DNA from: Actinomycetota bacterium
GTDB lineage: Bacteria; Actinomycetota; Acidimicrobiia; Acidimicrobiales; AC-25
NCBI GenBank assembly: GCA_005888395.1
Contig: VAXF01000002.1
Location: 1 to 33,025 of the forward strand
DNA: 33,025 nucleotides
Direction of reading: 5' to 3'
Positions 32,843-33,025 of this stretch are shown one piece after another (positions within the stretch are counted from its first letter, which is position 1; each line of letters begins with the position of its first letter). Both the position numbers and the translations under genes were made by a program. Under the pieces are notes generated by a model. The model saw only the letters and a list, made by a program, of their open reading frames with translations, did not search any database and had not been told where the DNA came from.

Positions 32843-33025
32843 GTGATCGAGCGGCTCGTGATCGCCGGCGCGTTGGTCGTGATCGCCGCGGTCGTCGCCC
32901 TCGTCCTGGACCGGCGCCGCCCCGACGCGCCACCCCGAACGGCGTGGCCGGTGCCCGTGCAGCTCGACCGGGCCGACTTCGACGGCCCGTCCGTGCCCTG
33001 GATCGTCGCCGTGTTTACGTCGGCC
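32843..33025 (+). CDS. Partial ORF (N-terminal 61 codons) of a TM-anchored protein; the 3' end lies beyond the window
   Basis: GTG at 32843, then VIERLVIAGALVVIAAVVALVL (TM helix), with high GC3 and the frame open to the window edge. The product is unknown. Confidence 0.4.
   Translation, partial: MIERLVIAGALVVIAAVVALVLDRRRPDAPPRTAWPVPVQLDRADFDGPSVPWIVAVFTSA

Noticed and set aside
1-33025. A horizontally acquired island, prophage or defence system.
   Set aside because: GC content and codon bias look uniform across the window, with only short AT-enriched promoter patches at about 22210-22300 and about 25140-25230. There is no flanking tRNA, integrase, recognisable phage or defence-domain gene, or terminal repeat.

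Overview
This is a very GC-rich, gene-dense chromosomal segment with Actinomycetota-style codon usage and many GTGA/ATGA start-stop overlaps. I saw no tRNA, rRNA, CRISPR array, transposase or integrase. Almost the whole window is one cell-envelope glycopolymer locus.

Genes supported by motifs:
- A Wzt/TagH-type ABC export ATPase, cut by the window edge.
- Sugar-nucleotide supply: UDP-glucose dehydrogenase, UDP-xylose synthase, a ManC-like NDP-sugar pyrophosphorylase and a GalE-like epimerase.
- About ten glycosyltransferases: six GT2, three GT4 (GT-B fold) and one polytopic GT-C/DUF2142-like protein.
- A flippase-like membrane protein and a SAM methyltransferase.
- cofD-cofE (F420 biosynthesis), an AlaX-type tRNA editing protein, an MFS transporter and several small or unknown ORFs.

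The most interesting content is three secreted proteins that each end in three CWB2-type cell-wall-binding repeats. One carries a SpoIID/LytB domain, one an M23 peptidase domain, and one an unknown beta-rich domain. They sit among the glycosyltransferase genes, which suggests a clostridial Cwp/PSII-like 'polymer plus polymer-anchored surface protein' system in a high-GC organism.

Other anomalies:
- The ABC ATPase lacks its signature motif.
- The SpoIID-CWB2 gene has no in-frame stop at its expected end and runs about 780 nt into the next gene.
- A roughly 1046-aa GT2-membrane fusion is translationally coupled to a DUF5719-like protein and contains a perfect 12-nt x4 in-frame repeat.
- A 30-nt tandem duplication with a hairpin lies at a head-to-head gene junction.
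- CofE is short and lacks the FbiB C-terminal domain.

All family assignments come from motif recognition by eye. No HMM or database search was run.
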